Below are positions 52,951-62,558 of a stretch of 64,000 bases of DNA, in pieces (position 1 is the first letter of the stretch; the number at the start of each line of letters is the position of its first letter). Origin of the DNA: an uncultured delta proteobacterium (GTDB lineage: Bacteria > Myxococcota_A > UBA9160 > SMWR01); the NCBI GenBank assembly GCA_963832165.1, contig CAWHTE010000011.1, positions 288,001 to 352,000 of the forward strand. Reading direction: 5' to 3'. A program made the position numbers and the translations under genes. The notes below the pieces were generated by a model. That model had not been told where the DNA came from, ran no database searches, and was given only the letters and a program-made list of their open reading frames with translations.

Positions 52951-53982
52951 CTAGGCGGAGGCGCGCCGAACGCGCTCGATGATCGCGTCGGCGAACGCGC
53001 GCGTGCCGAGCGTACCGCCCACGTCGCGCGTCTTCGCACCCTCGCGCAGCGCGGAATCGTACGCGCTGCGGATGCGCGCTCCCGTCTCGCGATAGCGCGG
53101 ATCGCGATCCGTGTCGGCGAGGTGGTTCAGCATCATCACTGCGCTCATGAGCAGCGCGAGCGGATTGGCGAGGTCCTGGCCTGCGATGTCGGGTGCGGAG
53201 CCGTGCACGGCCTCGAACACGGCGGCCTCGTCGCCGAAGTTCGCGCCCGGCGTCACGCCGAGTCCGCCGACCAGGCCCGCGCACAGATCGGAGACGACGT
53301 CGCCGTACAGGTTCTCGCACAAGAGCACGTCGAACGCGGAGGGGTCCTGTACGAGCTTCATGCAGCCGGCGTCGATGATCCGCTCGTCGTAGACGACGTC
53401 GCTGCCCGCGAACGCGTCGCGCGCGCAGGCGAGGAAGAGCCCGTCGGTCTTCTTCATGATGTTGGCCTTGTGGAACGCGGTGACGCGCTTGCGGCCGCGG
53501 CTCTTCGCGTAGTCGAGTGCGAAGCGCGCGATCCGGCGGCAAGCGCGCTCGGTCGCCACCTTGAGCGACGTGACCACGCCCTCCGTGATCACGTTCTCGA
53601 TGCCCGAGTAGAGTCCCTCGGTATTCTCGCGCACGATCACGAGGTCGACGCCGTCGAAACGGCTCGCCACGCCGGGCAGGTTGCGCACGGGGCGCACCGC
53701 CGCGTAGAGCTCGAGCTGCTTGCGCAGCGCGACGTTCACCGACGAGAAGCCTTCGCCGATCGGCGTCGTGCACGGGCCCTTCAGCGCGACGCGGTGGCGG
53801 CGGATCGCTTCGCACGTGGCCGCGGGCAGCACCTCGGTGGCTCCGGCCTCGAGCGCAGCGATGCCGGCTTGCTGGCGGTCCCACTCGATCCCCGCTCCGG
53901 CCGCGTCGAGTACGCGCTCCACCGCGTCGCACACCTCGGGGCCGATGCCGTCACCAGGGATCAGTACGCACGTCCGGGCCAC
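52951..53982 (-). CDS. Isocitrate/isopropylmalate dehydrogenase family (NAD-IDH-like)
   Basis: PGDGIGPE, SVNVALR, RENTEG, HKANIMK, NLYGD, HGSAPDIAG. Confidence 0.88.
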   Translation of the reverse strand: MARTCVLIPGDGIGPEVCDAVERVLDAAGAGIEWDRQQAGIAALEAGATEVLPAATCEAIRRHRVALKGPCTTPIGEGFSSVNVALRKQLELYAAVRPVRNLPGVASRFDGVDLVIVRENTEGLYSGIENVITEGVVTSLKVATERACRRIARFALDYAKSRGRKRVTAFHKANIMKKTDGLFLACARDAFAGSDVVYDERIIDAGCMKLVQDPSAFDVLLCENLYGDVVSDLCAGLVGGLGVTPGANFGDEAAVFEAVHGSAPDIAGQDLANPLALLMSAVMMLNHLADTDRDPRYRETGARIRSAYDSALREGAKTRDVGGTLGTRAFADAIIERVRRASA

Positions 53983-54090
53983 GGGGCGATTCCTCGTACG
54001 GTTACGAGGCGAAAGTTAGGTAGGTCGGCGCCCCGATGCGACAGGACTCGGAGCGCCGAGGTACGTCCGCGCGCAGCTGGCTGATCTGAC

Positions 54091-54108
54091 ATCCACGGAT
54101 CCGGGGAA
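54091..54108. promoter_or_regulatory. 18-bp palindrome copy (ATCCAC-GGATCC-GGGGAA)
   Basis: About 80 bp upstream of ftsH; one of five similar sites. Confidence 0.55.
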
Positions 54109-54186
54109 ATCGCGCGTAAAGGGTGCTGAGTCGAGGTGGACTGCCGACTCGGAGAGCTTCAAAACCGCTATCCATAGGGCATTACG

Positions 54187-56131
54187 ATGGCCGACCTGCC
54201 TCCTCGCGATTCGCGGCCCAAGGACTCGAAGCAAGCGATCCCGCGGCCGCGGTCCTGGTGGTTGCTCGCCCTGATCGCCATGTCGGCCAACTATCTGCTG
54301 ATGCGAGCGTGCTTTCCCGAGCCGTCCTCGATCACGCATCCCCTACAGCCTCTTCAAGGCGCAGGTCGCGGCGGGCAACGTCGAGGGTGTCACCAGCCTG
54401 GGCGACTCGATCCAAGGCACCTTCAAGGCGGAGGTCACCTACCCGGCGAAGCCTCTGCCGGCGCCCGAAGTGCCGGAACCGCGCGCGCCAGCATGGTTGC
54501 GGCCCGGTGCGCTCGAGCCACGCACCTCCAAGCGGTTCGAAACCCAGCGGCCGGCCTTCGCCGAGCCGGGTCTCGAAACGCTGCTCGAGGAGAAGGGCGT
54601 GGTCATCCAGGCCCGGGACGAGAGCGGCGGCTCGTGGTTCAAGCTGTTGATCGGATTCGGGCCCACGCTGCTGCTGATCGCCGCCTTCGTGCTGCTCGCG
54701 CGCCGGGCAGCGGCATCCGGCGGGGGCGGGATGTTCAGCCTCGGCCGCAGCCGCGCCAAGCGCTACAGCGAGGAGCAGCCGAAGGTCACCTTCGACGATG
54801 TCGCCGGTATCGACGAAGCCGAGAACGAGATCGTGGAGATCGTCGACTTCCTGAAGAGCCCCGCGAAGTACCAGCGGCTTGGCGGGATGATGCCGAAAGG
54901 CGTGCTGTTGATCGGTGCGCCCGGAACCGGCAAGACGCTGCTGGCGCGCGCGATCGCTGGAGAGGCGGGCGTCCCCTTCTTCAGCCTGAGCGCGTCCGAG
55001 TTCATCGAAATGATCGTCGGCGTCGGCGCGTCGCGCGTGCGCGACTTGTTCCGGCAGGCCCGGGAGGCCGCGCCCTCGATCATCTTCATCGACGAGCTGG
55101 ATGCGATCGGTCGCGCTCGCGGCAGCGGCGCGGGGCTCGGCGGCCACGACGAGCGCGAGCAGACCCTGAACCAGATCCTGACGGAGATGGACGGCTTCGA
55201 CTCTCGCGAAGGCGTCATCGTGCTCGCCGCCACCAACCGGGCCGACGTGCTGGACGCGGCGCTGTTGCGGCCGGGCCGATTCGACCGGCGCGTCGTCGTG
55301 CAGCTGCCCGACCGCGCGGGTCGCGCCGCCATTCTCGAGGTTCACACCCGGCACGTCCCGTTGGCGCCGGACGTCTCCCTCGAGCGCATCGCGGCCGAGA
55401 CACCCGGCCTCGTCGGCGCCGAGCTGCGCAACCTCGTCAACGAGGCGGCGCTGCTGGCGGCGCGCAAGGACACGAGCGCGGTCCGCGCCGAGGACTTTGC
55501 GGAGGCGCTCCAGAAGATCACCCTCGGACCGGTCCGCCACATCCTGCTCAATCCCGCCGATCGCGAGCGCACCGCCTACCACGAGGCGGGCCACGCTCTG
55601 CTCGGGCTGCTCGTGCCCGGCAGTGATCCGGTTCACCGCGTCTCGATCGTGCCGCGCGGCATGTCGCTCGGGGCGACCTGGCAGCTTCCCGTCGACGATC
55701 GGACCAGCTATGGCGAGGACTACCTGAAGGCGCGCATCACCAGCGCCCTCGGCGGCCGGGCGGCCGAGCGGCTCGTCTACGGCGTGGTGACGACGGGCGC
55801 CGAGAACGACCTCCAGCAGGTCACGGAGATCGCCCGCCGGATGGTGCTGCGCTGGGGGATGAGCGAGAAGCTCGGCCCGATCAGCTTCGTCGCGCCGCAG
55901 GACGAGGGCCTGCCGCCGGCCTTCCAGCACCAGCCGTACAGCGAGGCGACCTCAGAGACGATCGACGCCGAGGTCCGCCGCATCGTCGAGGAGTGTCACG
56001 GCGAAGCCGAACGACTGCTGACCGAGCACCGCGAGCAGCTCGAAGCGCTCGCCAAGGCGTTGCTCCAGGCGGAATCTCTCGACGAGCACGAGATCCGAAA
56101 GGCCACCGGCCTGGAAGCAACGCCCGCTTAG
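54187..56131 (+). CDS. ftsH: ATP-dependent zinc metalloprotease FtsH (frameshift near 54340)
   Basis: [28 protein letters not shown]. Confidence 0.92.
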
Positions 56132-56169
56132 GCGCTCGATCGATGTGGGGCTAGCGTCAGCGCCTGGTG

Positions 56170-56334
56170 CTAGTCGATCGCCTCACCGATATCTTCACCC
56201 GCCTCTTCGACCGCGTCACCGGCGTCCTCCGCAGCGTCCTCGACCTTATCTCCGATGGTCTTCTCCCGCTGCGGACATCCCGCCAGCACGCCGATCACAC
56301 CGATCCCCGCCATCACCTTGATCCAGGATCTCAT
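56170..56334 (-). CDS. 54-aa acidic lipoprotein, copy 1 (not in ORF track)
   Basis: MRSWIKVMAGIGVIGVLAGCPQREKTIGDKVEDAAEDAGDAVEEAGEDIGEAID*; LAGC lipobox; AGGAG RBS. Confidence 0.8.
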   Translation of the reverse strand: MRSWIKVMAGIGVIGVLAGCPQREKTIGDKVEDAAEDAGDAVEEAGEDIGEAID

Positions 56335-56466
56335 TTCGTTCTCCTGTTAGGGAGGTAGTTTGCAGCGATGCGGGATCCGCTCATATCGTCGACACCACGG
56401 AGAACGCGGACCAGATGCGAGGATTCTTCGCGATTCGCTGCAATTTCCACGGTGTCGTCGCTTGGT

Positions 56467-56484
56467 ATCCCGAGATCCGGGGAT
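56467..56484. promoter_or_regulatory. 18-bp palindrome copy (ATCCCG-AGATCC-GGGGAT)
   Basis: Intergenic, upstream of lipoprotein copy 1. Confidence 0.6.
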
Positions 56485-56541
56485 ATCGGCCGTCGCGTCC
56501 GGACGCCCGACGGCAAGCGGAGGCGCTCCGCCGCTGCGAAG

Positions 56542-57723
56542 CTAGGGAGCGGGGACCACCGGTTGGGGCGGCGCCTTCTCGTGCGCGAGATCGAGCGCGA
56601 GGCTGAAGACGGGCTTCTTTCCGCGGCCGGTCTCGACGACGTTCACGAGGAGCACGCCGTCCGCCGTCTTCTTTGCCCGATGGAAGTCGAAGACTACGAA
56701 TCCCTTGTGCGCGTGCGCGAACAGCGTGCCGTCGATCGAGGTTACGCCGGTGACGTTCGACGCCGCGCCGCTCACGACCACCAGGCGCGCTTCACTTCCG
56801 CCGTCGATGATCTGGAGGCTGTGGTCGTGACCGCCGACCATCGCGAGCGGCGGATTCTCCGCGAGCACCTTTCCGAGCACCTTCACCATCTCCTCGTAGT
56901 GGGGCTCGATCAGATCCTGCACGGTGTAGGCGCGGTAGTACAGCGATACACCGAGGTCGGTCCAGAATCCACGCGTGAAGCCGCCGTGCGGGCCGCCGGA
57001 GCGGATCGGATGGTGGGCGACGACAACGACGTTCTCAGAGCGGCGCTGCTCGAGCCCGTCGCGCAGGGCAGCGATGAAATCGTCCGTGCTCGCGATGCCC
57101 TCGCAGACCGGGCGCTCTGCCTCCGGCAGCAGCCACCAGTTCAGGTCCAGCGCGAGCACCGTGAGGCCGCCGGCCACCGCCTTACTGGTCCGGAGCAGCT
57201 CCACCGCAACGGGCCCGGGGCAGCCATGCTTGGGCGCAAAGGTGGCCCCGTGTGATTCGACGAACACCTGCTGATTGAGGAGCACGCCGCGGGAGCTGCG
57301 CTGAAACGTCGTCCAACCCCAATCGTGATTGCCCGGAATGAACAGCGCACGCGCGCGCGTCGCGCGGATCTGCTGCAGGAGGATCGCCTCGCCGCGCGCA
57401 CGCGCGCTTCCCGTGTACTGCAATCCGGCCGGGTAGAGATTGTCGCCGAGGAAGACCACCCCGGTGCGCTCGCGGTGCGCGTTGCTCCATTCGCCTAGCA
57501 AAGCGAGCGTGGCGTCGTCGCGGGCCGGTTCGCCAGCATCCCCGATCAGCACCAGGCGATACACCGGCTCGCTCCGGATCTCGTCGGCGTCAACGTGGCC
57601 CTCGTTGCGAAACGGGTCCCGATCGGAGCCGAAATCGATCCCGCGCAGCGGCGCGCGCCAGCACGCCAGGCCCGCGAGCGCGCATCCGGCCGCGGCAATC
57701 GCCATTGCGAATCGCCGCGCCAT
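56542..57723 (-). CDS. Exported calcineurin-like metallophosphoesterase (lipoprotein-like)
   Basis: GLAC signal; IGDAG, FLGDNLY, PGNHD, HHP, GHDH. Confidence 0.85.
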   Translation of the reverse strand: MARRFAMAIAAAGCALAGLACWRAPLRGIDFGSDRDPFRNEGHVDADEIRSEPVYRLVLIGDAGEPARDDATLALLGEWSNAHRERTGVVFLGDNLYPAGLQYTGSARARGEAILLQQIRATRARALFIPGNHDWGWTTFQRSSRGVLLNQQVFVESHGATFAPKHGCPGPVAVELLRTSKAVAGGLTVLALDLNWWLLPEAERPVCEGIASTDDFIAALRDGLEQRRSENVVVVAHHPIRSGGPHGGFTRGFWTDLGVSLYYRAYTVQDLIEPHYEEMVKVLGKVLAENPPLAMVGGHDHSLQIIDGGSEARLVVVSGAASNVTGVTSIDGTLFAHAHKGFVVFDFHRAKKTADGVLLVNVVETGRGKKPVFSLALDLAHEKAPPQPVVPAP

Positions 57724-57953
57724 CCTCAGAACGTCCCGCCGCCCTCGCCGCCGAACTCTCGCCGCATCACGAGTGGGAGCGCTCCGGTCGAGAGGGCGAT
57801 CACGAGCACCTCGCTCACGGAGAACGATCTTGTCACGGCGAAATGCGAGCGGCGCGACATGCCGCCGTTCAACGCGGCGATCCCGGGGGTGCGGCGGACG
57901 CAGCGATCACGACGAACAGCAGCAAGACGGCGCGACTCACGAGCACGGTCGCG

Positions 57954-58907
57954 TCAGCCACGCTGGCCTTCGGCGAGCGCGAGGCCCTCTCGCACCTTCC
58001 GCTTGAGCAGGTCGACGTATGCGGCGCCCTTCTCGTCGCTGTAGCCGCCGGCGCGGAACGCGTCGCGCCATTGCCGGTCGCTGAGCCGATCGAGGCGACG
58101 GCAGGTCCACAGCACGTCATCGACGGTGATGTCGTCGTCGACCCCCGCGTTCAGCAACAGCGGCCGGAAGTGGAGGTCGACACGGTCGCTCTTCACGCTT
58201 CGGATGAAACCCTCCTGCTTGAAGCCTGCGAGGTCATCCTGCGTGCCGAAGAAAATGCGTACGGAGCGGCCGAACGAGTCCCCGAGGTCCTTCACCACGT
58301 AGAGCCGCGCGGGATTGCCACCTTTCGCCTCGTAGATCTTGTTGTTCGACGTCTTGAGATCCCAGGAATTGAGGATCGCCATCATCACGACGAGTCCGCG
58401 CAGCTCGCGCGTGCCGACGAACGGGTTGTCCTGCCAGTCCCACTCGCCGCCCTTCTTCCACTCTTTCTGCTCGAGCCGGAAGCGCGCCTCCGGCTGAGGA
58501 CCGGCCTCGGCACCGCTCGCGATCCGCCACTCGCGCACGTAGTAGACGGGCGGCTGATGGAAGCCGATCGCCCAGAGCAGTCGAGAGGCGGTCACTTCGG
58601 ACTGCGCTTCCGCGCCGAGCTTCGCGTCCCAGATCTGGCCGCTCGGATCCTTGACTTCGAGGTTGGTGCTCACCCCGCTCTCGTCGCGCTTGAGGAACTG
58701 GTATGCGGCGTCTGCGTGCGGGGCGCGTGCGGCCCCTCCCACGCCGTAGAAGAGATCGCGCGCGGGGATGTTCGGATTCGCGTCGACCAATTGCTCGACC
58801 GGCGGCCGATCCGAATCGGGTGAGCGTGACTCGCGCGCGAACAGCTGGCAGGCCATACACGCGAATATGGCGACCATGGTCACACCGCAGGCTACTGATC
58901 GTTGCAT
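57954..58907 (-). CDS. Exported protein-kinase-like fold protein
   Basis: Cys-containing signal peptide; WDAK (beta3 Lys), QSE (alphaC Glu), DLKTSN catalytic loop, DLG. Confidence 0.65.
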   Translation of the reverse strand: MQRSVACGVTMVAIFACMACQLFARESRSPDSDRPPVEQLVDANPNIPARDLFYGVGGAARAPHADAAYQFLKRDESGVSTNLEVKDPSGQIWDAKLGAEAQSEVTASRLLWAIGFHQPPVYYVREWRIASGAEAGPQPEARFRLEQKEWKKGGEWDWQDNPFVGTRELRGLVVMMAILNSWDLKTSNNKIYEAKGGNPARLYVVKDLGDSFGRSVRIFFGTQDDLAGFKQEGFIRSVKSDRVDLHFRPLLLNAGVDDDITVDDVLWTCRRLDRLSDRQWRDAFRAGGYSDEKGAAYVDLLKRKVREGLALAEGQRG

Positions 58908-58990
58908 GGAAGAACCTCCCAGCGATTCTCGCGCAGCAAACGGCGTTAATCCGGCCCGGTCGACACGAATCCTTGTTTCTAGGGCGCGCG

Positions 58991-59008
58991 TTCCCCAGAT
59001 CCGGGGTA
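58991..59008. promoter_or_regulatory. 18-bp palindrome copy (TTCCCC-AGATCC-GGGGTA)
   Basis: In the divergent region upstream of the kinase-like gene. Confidence 0.6.
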
Positions 59009-59087
59009 TCGCCGGAGGGGTGAGCGAGAGATCCTCGCCCCGAATCCGGTATCGACGGGCGGATTGTCGATTCTCGACCCGATCTGC

Positions 59088-59208
59088 GGGGAGATGCAGG
59101 TGGAATCGCTCGGTGCGACCCGGATCGTCCCGGCCGCGAGCTACATGGCTTTCGCCGGCCCCTCGAAGCGCTCGCGATGGGGTGGAGCAGAGGCGGCTCG
59201 AAGCAGAC
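59088..59208 (+). repeat. Direct repeat of the 5' end of the histidine kinase gene (about 60797-60920)
   Basis: Shared GGAATCGCTCGGTG.GACCCGGATCGTCCCGGCC...GGGGTGGAGCAGAGGCGGCTCGAAGCAGAC. Confidence 0.85.
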
Positions 59209-59234
59209 AACTACCCTCCTAACAGGAGTACGGA

Positions 59235-59399
59235 ATGAAATCCTGGATCAAGGTGATGGCGTTTATCGGCGTGATCGGTGTGGTGGCGGGATGTCCGCAG
59301 CGAGAGAACACCATCGGAGATAAGGTCGAGGACGCTGCTGAGGACGCCGGCGACGCGGTCGAAGAGGCGGGTGAAGATCTTGGTGAGGCGATCGACTAA
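59235..59399 (+). CDS. 54-aa acidic lipoprotein, copy 2 (inverted relative to copy 1)
   Basis: MKSWIKVMAFIGVIGVVAGCPQRENTIGDKVEDAAEDAGDAVEEAGEDLGEAID*; AGGAG RBS. Confidence 0.8.
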   Translation: MKSWIKVMAFIGVIGVVAGCPQRENTIGDKVEDAAEDAGDAVEEAGEDLGEAID

Positions 59400-59981
59400 C
59401 GCTGTCAAGCGCGCGGTGGCGTGCGAGCGGCGAGCCCGGTGAGGCCGGCAACGGCGCGGCGGAGATCGGGATAAGTATCGTCGGCCCCCGCTTTGCCGAG
59501 CCGCTCCCGGCGCGCGCTGAATTCGGCGTCCTCCGGCTGCCACAACCCGACGAGACCTTCATGCTCATCGCCGGCGCAGACCCTCCCCATAGCCACGTCC
59601 AGAAGAGCGCCGAGACGATGACGGCCAGACGCCCCGTGTTTCGCAGGGGGCCTGCTGCGCACGATCATCGGCTACCGATTCGTGAGCAGCAAGAACATCG
59701 CCACCACCGATGCGACCACGGTACTGGCGAACACGGCGGCGACGTTGAGGCGGACGATCTGCTTCACAGCCGCCGCGGCAATGACATCATCGTGAAAGCC
59801 TTGATCAACTTCATGGGGGCTGATCCTGGGTTTCGAAATCGGGGATTCATCGATTGCGCGAATGATGAGTTGCGGAGGATGGGCAACTCGTTTCACTGAT
59901 TTCGCGAGGAGTTCGAGGTATAGCGGGTTGACTGCCGCCCGCGAGCCGCCTGGTCGGAAATACCATCCTTTGCGGACAAAC

Positions 59982-60028
59982 ATCCCCAGGAATCGGGATG
60001 GATCTAGGGGATGAACATCCCCAAGATC
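59982..60028. promoter_or_regulatory. Palindrome copy ATCCCC-AGGAAT-CGGGAT followed by inverted half-sites
   Basis: GATCTAGGGGATG-AA-CATCCCCAAGATC lies just downstream. Confidence 0.5.
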
Positions 60029-60173
60029 AAATCGCGGGGCCCTCAAGGAGGACACCCCAGAGGCGCCGACGTTTCGGGAAGCCGTCGTCGCGGCGATCGC
60101 CAACCGCACCGAGAAGGCGCACACGCCTTCGCACACGCCGTCCGTGGACGGCCCAAAAAAGAGAAGTACAACC

Positions 60174-60542
60174 ATGACCAAGAACCTCATCCGAATCTGC
60201 GGCCTGACCTTTCTGAGTGTGTTGCTATTTGCTCCGCATGTACTCGCGCAGGGCGCTGTGGAGGAGAAGACCGAGAAGACCACCACGACTACCACGACCA
60301 CAACGACCACTGGGACCGTCAGTGAGTTCACCCCGGACGGCATCGTGATCAGAACGACGACGTCGTCTGCTCCGGTCACCTATTCGTCCACGAAGACCAC
60401 GACCTACGTCGACGAGAGCGGGAAGCCCGTCGCGGTCGAGACCGTGAAAACCGGCGTTCCGGTGACCGTGTATTACAGCAAGGACGGAGACAAGATGGTG
60501 GCCACCAAGGTCGTCGTGAAAAAGACGACCACGCTTCCGTAA
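60174..60542 (+). CDS. Small exported Thr-rich, beta-rich protein
   Basis: Signal peptide ending VLA; poly-Thr; GTVSEF...VTVYYSKDGDKMVATKV. Confidence 0.7.
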   Translation: MTKNLIRICGLTFLSVLLFAPHVLAQGAVEEKTEKTTTTTTTTTTTGTVSEFTPDGIVIRTTTSSAPVTYSSTKTTTYVDESGKPVAVETVKTGVPVTVYYSKDGDKMVATKVVVKKTTTLP

Positions 60543-60697
60543 AGGCCGCGTAGAGACTCCTCGCGCGGGCGCTCGGCCCGCGCGAAGTGACCCGTCCGTG
60601 CTCTCCGAGCGCGAGAGGGAAGTTCTGCAGCTCCTGACCGAGCTCGAAGGCTGAATCCCCCCGCGACGCCCACGAATCCTCGGCTCCAAACCGCAGA

Positions 60698-60715
60698 ATC
60701 CCCAGATCCGGGGAT
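60698..60715. promoter_or_regulatory. 18-bp palindrome, consensus copy (ATCCCC-AGATCC-GGGGAT)
   Basis: About 95 bp upstream of the histidine kinase start. Confidence 0.65.
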
Positions 60716-60809
60716 GGTCGACGGCGGGGTTGCGGAGAGATCATCGACCCGAAGCTGATCGACGGGGGGGGCGCCGATCCACGACCCGAGGCGCCAGGGG
60801 GAATGCAGG

Positions 60810-61661
60810 ATGGAATCGCTCGGTGTGACCCGGATCGTCCCGGCCCCGAGCTACACGGCTGTCGCCTGCCCCTCCGGGAACGCTCGCGGTGGGGTGGAGC
60901 AGAGGCGGCTCGAAGCAGACCGCGAGCAACTCCTCGAGATCGCTCTGCGCGCGGTTGCCGAGGCGCAAGCGTCGAGTCGCTCCAAGGACGAGTTCCTGGC
61001 AATGCTCGGTCACGAGCTGCGCAACTCGCTGTCGACCGTCCGGAACGCGGTCGCCTGTGTCCGGCTCGACAGCAGACAGTCCGAGCGAGCGCTGGACATC
61101 GCATGGCGGCAGACGGAGCAGCTCGGTCGGCTGGTCGAAGACCTCCTCGACGTCACGCAGATCGCGCAGGGTTGCTTCCGACTGAACCGGCAACGGGTCG
61201 CTCTGATGGAGATCATCGAGCATGCCGTGGAGGCAATGCGCTTTCTCGTCGAGGACCGCGGTCACACGCTGTCTGTGTCGCCGCCACTCGAGCTCGTTCG
61301 CGTCGATGGCGATCCACGGCGCCTCGAGCAGATCGTCGTGAACCTGATCATCAACGCCGCGAAGTACACGGATCGCGGCGGACGCATCGAGCTGCTCGTG
61401 GAGCGCCACGGCGCCGAGGCTGTGGTTCGCGTCCGGGACAGCGGGATCGGGATCTCACCGGACTTGCTGCCGCGGATCTTCGACTTCTATGTCCGGGGCG
61501 AGCGCACACCCGATCACATGCAGGGTGGACTCGGCATCGGCCTCGCAGTGGTGCGAAGCCTGGTTGCGTTGCACGGCGGTCGGGTCGAGGCGCGCAGCGA
61601 GGGGCTCGGAAAGGGTGCGGAGTTCGTAGTGCGTCTACCCGCCGTCCCGACGGCGTCCTGA
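60810..61661 (+). CDS. Cytoplasmic histidine kinase lacking a sensor domain
   Basis: FLAMLGHELRN, NLIINAAKYT, DSGIG, GLGIGL. Confidence 0.85.
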   Translation: MESLGVTRIVPAPSYTAVACPSGNARGGVEQRRLEADREQLLEIALRAVAEAQASSRSKDEFLAMLGHELRNSLSTVRNAVACVRLDSRQSERALDIAWRQTEQLGRLVEDLLDVTQIAQGCFRLNRQRVALMEIIEHAVEAMRFLVEDRGHTLSVSPPLELVRVDGDPRRLEQIVVNLIINAAKYTDRGGRIELLVERHGAEAVVRVRDSGIGISPDLLPRIFDFYVRGERTPDHMQGGLGIGLAVVRSLVALHGGRVEARSEGLGKGAEFVVRLPAVPTAS

Positions 61662-61769
61662 ATCCCGGGAATAAATCGACGATGTCCATTCGTGAAGCGT
61701 CGTCCGTTCTACGGAAGCGGAATCTCGCATCTGCGCCGAGCCGAGCCTCCTGGATGCTGGGCCTCGTGA

Positions 61770-62228
61770 ATGTGTAGTACGGCCCCTTCTCCCCCATTTC
61801 GCGAGCGGACGCAGGATCACGGGTGTCTTCGGGTGCTCGTCGTCGACAACGACCCCGACGCGGCCGACAGCTTGATGATGCTGTTGCGGGTTTTGGGGCA
61901 TCAGGTGCGCGTCGCTCGGGATGGCCCGACCGCCCTTCGGCTCGCTTGCGAGGACGTACCGGATCTGATGCTCGTCGACGTCGGACTTCCTGGCATGGAC
62001 GGATGCGAGCTGGCACGCCGCGCCCGACAGATGCGCGAGACCCGAGAGGTCGTGCTGGTGGCGTTCACCGGCTACGGACGCGACGAAGACCGTCACCGCA
62101 CGCTCGGTTCGGGCTTCGATCTTCACCTGACGAAGCCCGTGGATCCGGAGGACTTGCGGGAGCTACTCGCGCATCCGGCGGCCTTGCGGGAGCTGCTCGC
62201 GCGCCGCACAGGAGCCATCCGTCCCTGA
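61770..62228 (+). CDS. Single-domain response regulator
   Basis: VLVVDND, DVGLPGMDG, TG, HLTKP; start uncertain. Confidence 0.8.
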   Translation: MCSTAPSPPFRERTQDHGCLRVLVVDNDPDAADSLMMLLRVLGHQVRVARDGPTALRLACEDVPDLMLVDVGLPGMDGCELARRARQMRETREVVLVAFTGYGRDEDRHRTLGSGFDLHLTKPVDPEDLRELLAHPAALRELLARRTGAIRP

Positions 62229-62558
62229 CGGCCGGCTTTCGATAGGTCCCGCCGCGGCGGCAGGCTGGCGCTGAGCACCCGAGCCGGCGGTGGGTGCGCC
62301 GACGGTCGCGAATCCTCACTTCTGGTCCACGATCTCCGTGGTGTCGACGATATGAGGCGATCCCACATCGCAGTAGGTTCGAATCGGGAACATCGAACCT
62401 GATAGGAACGGGAGCACTGCCCGGAGCCGAGAACTCAGGGACTGTCGGAGGAGCGAATGCTGTCCGGAGCCGAGAACCGACCCGTGATCACGGCGGCTGG
62501 AGGCGCGAAGGCCGCCGGCGCTGCCGGGGTGGCGCTCGCCAACCCCAAAGGACGCATC

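Noticed and set aside
59561..59899. 112-aa plus-strand ORF and the overlapping minus-strand ORF
   Set aside because: No recognisable motif or RBS; the coding strand cannot be determined.
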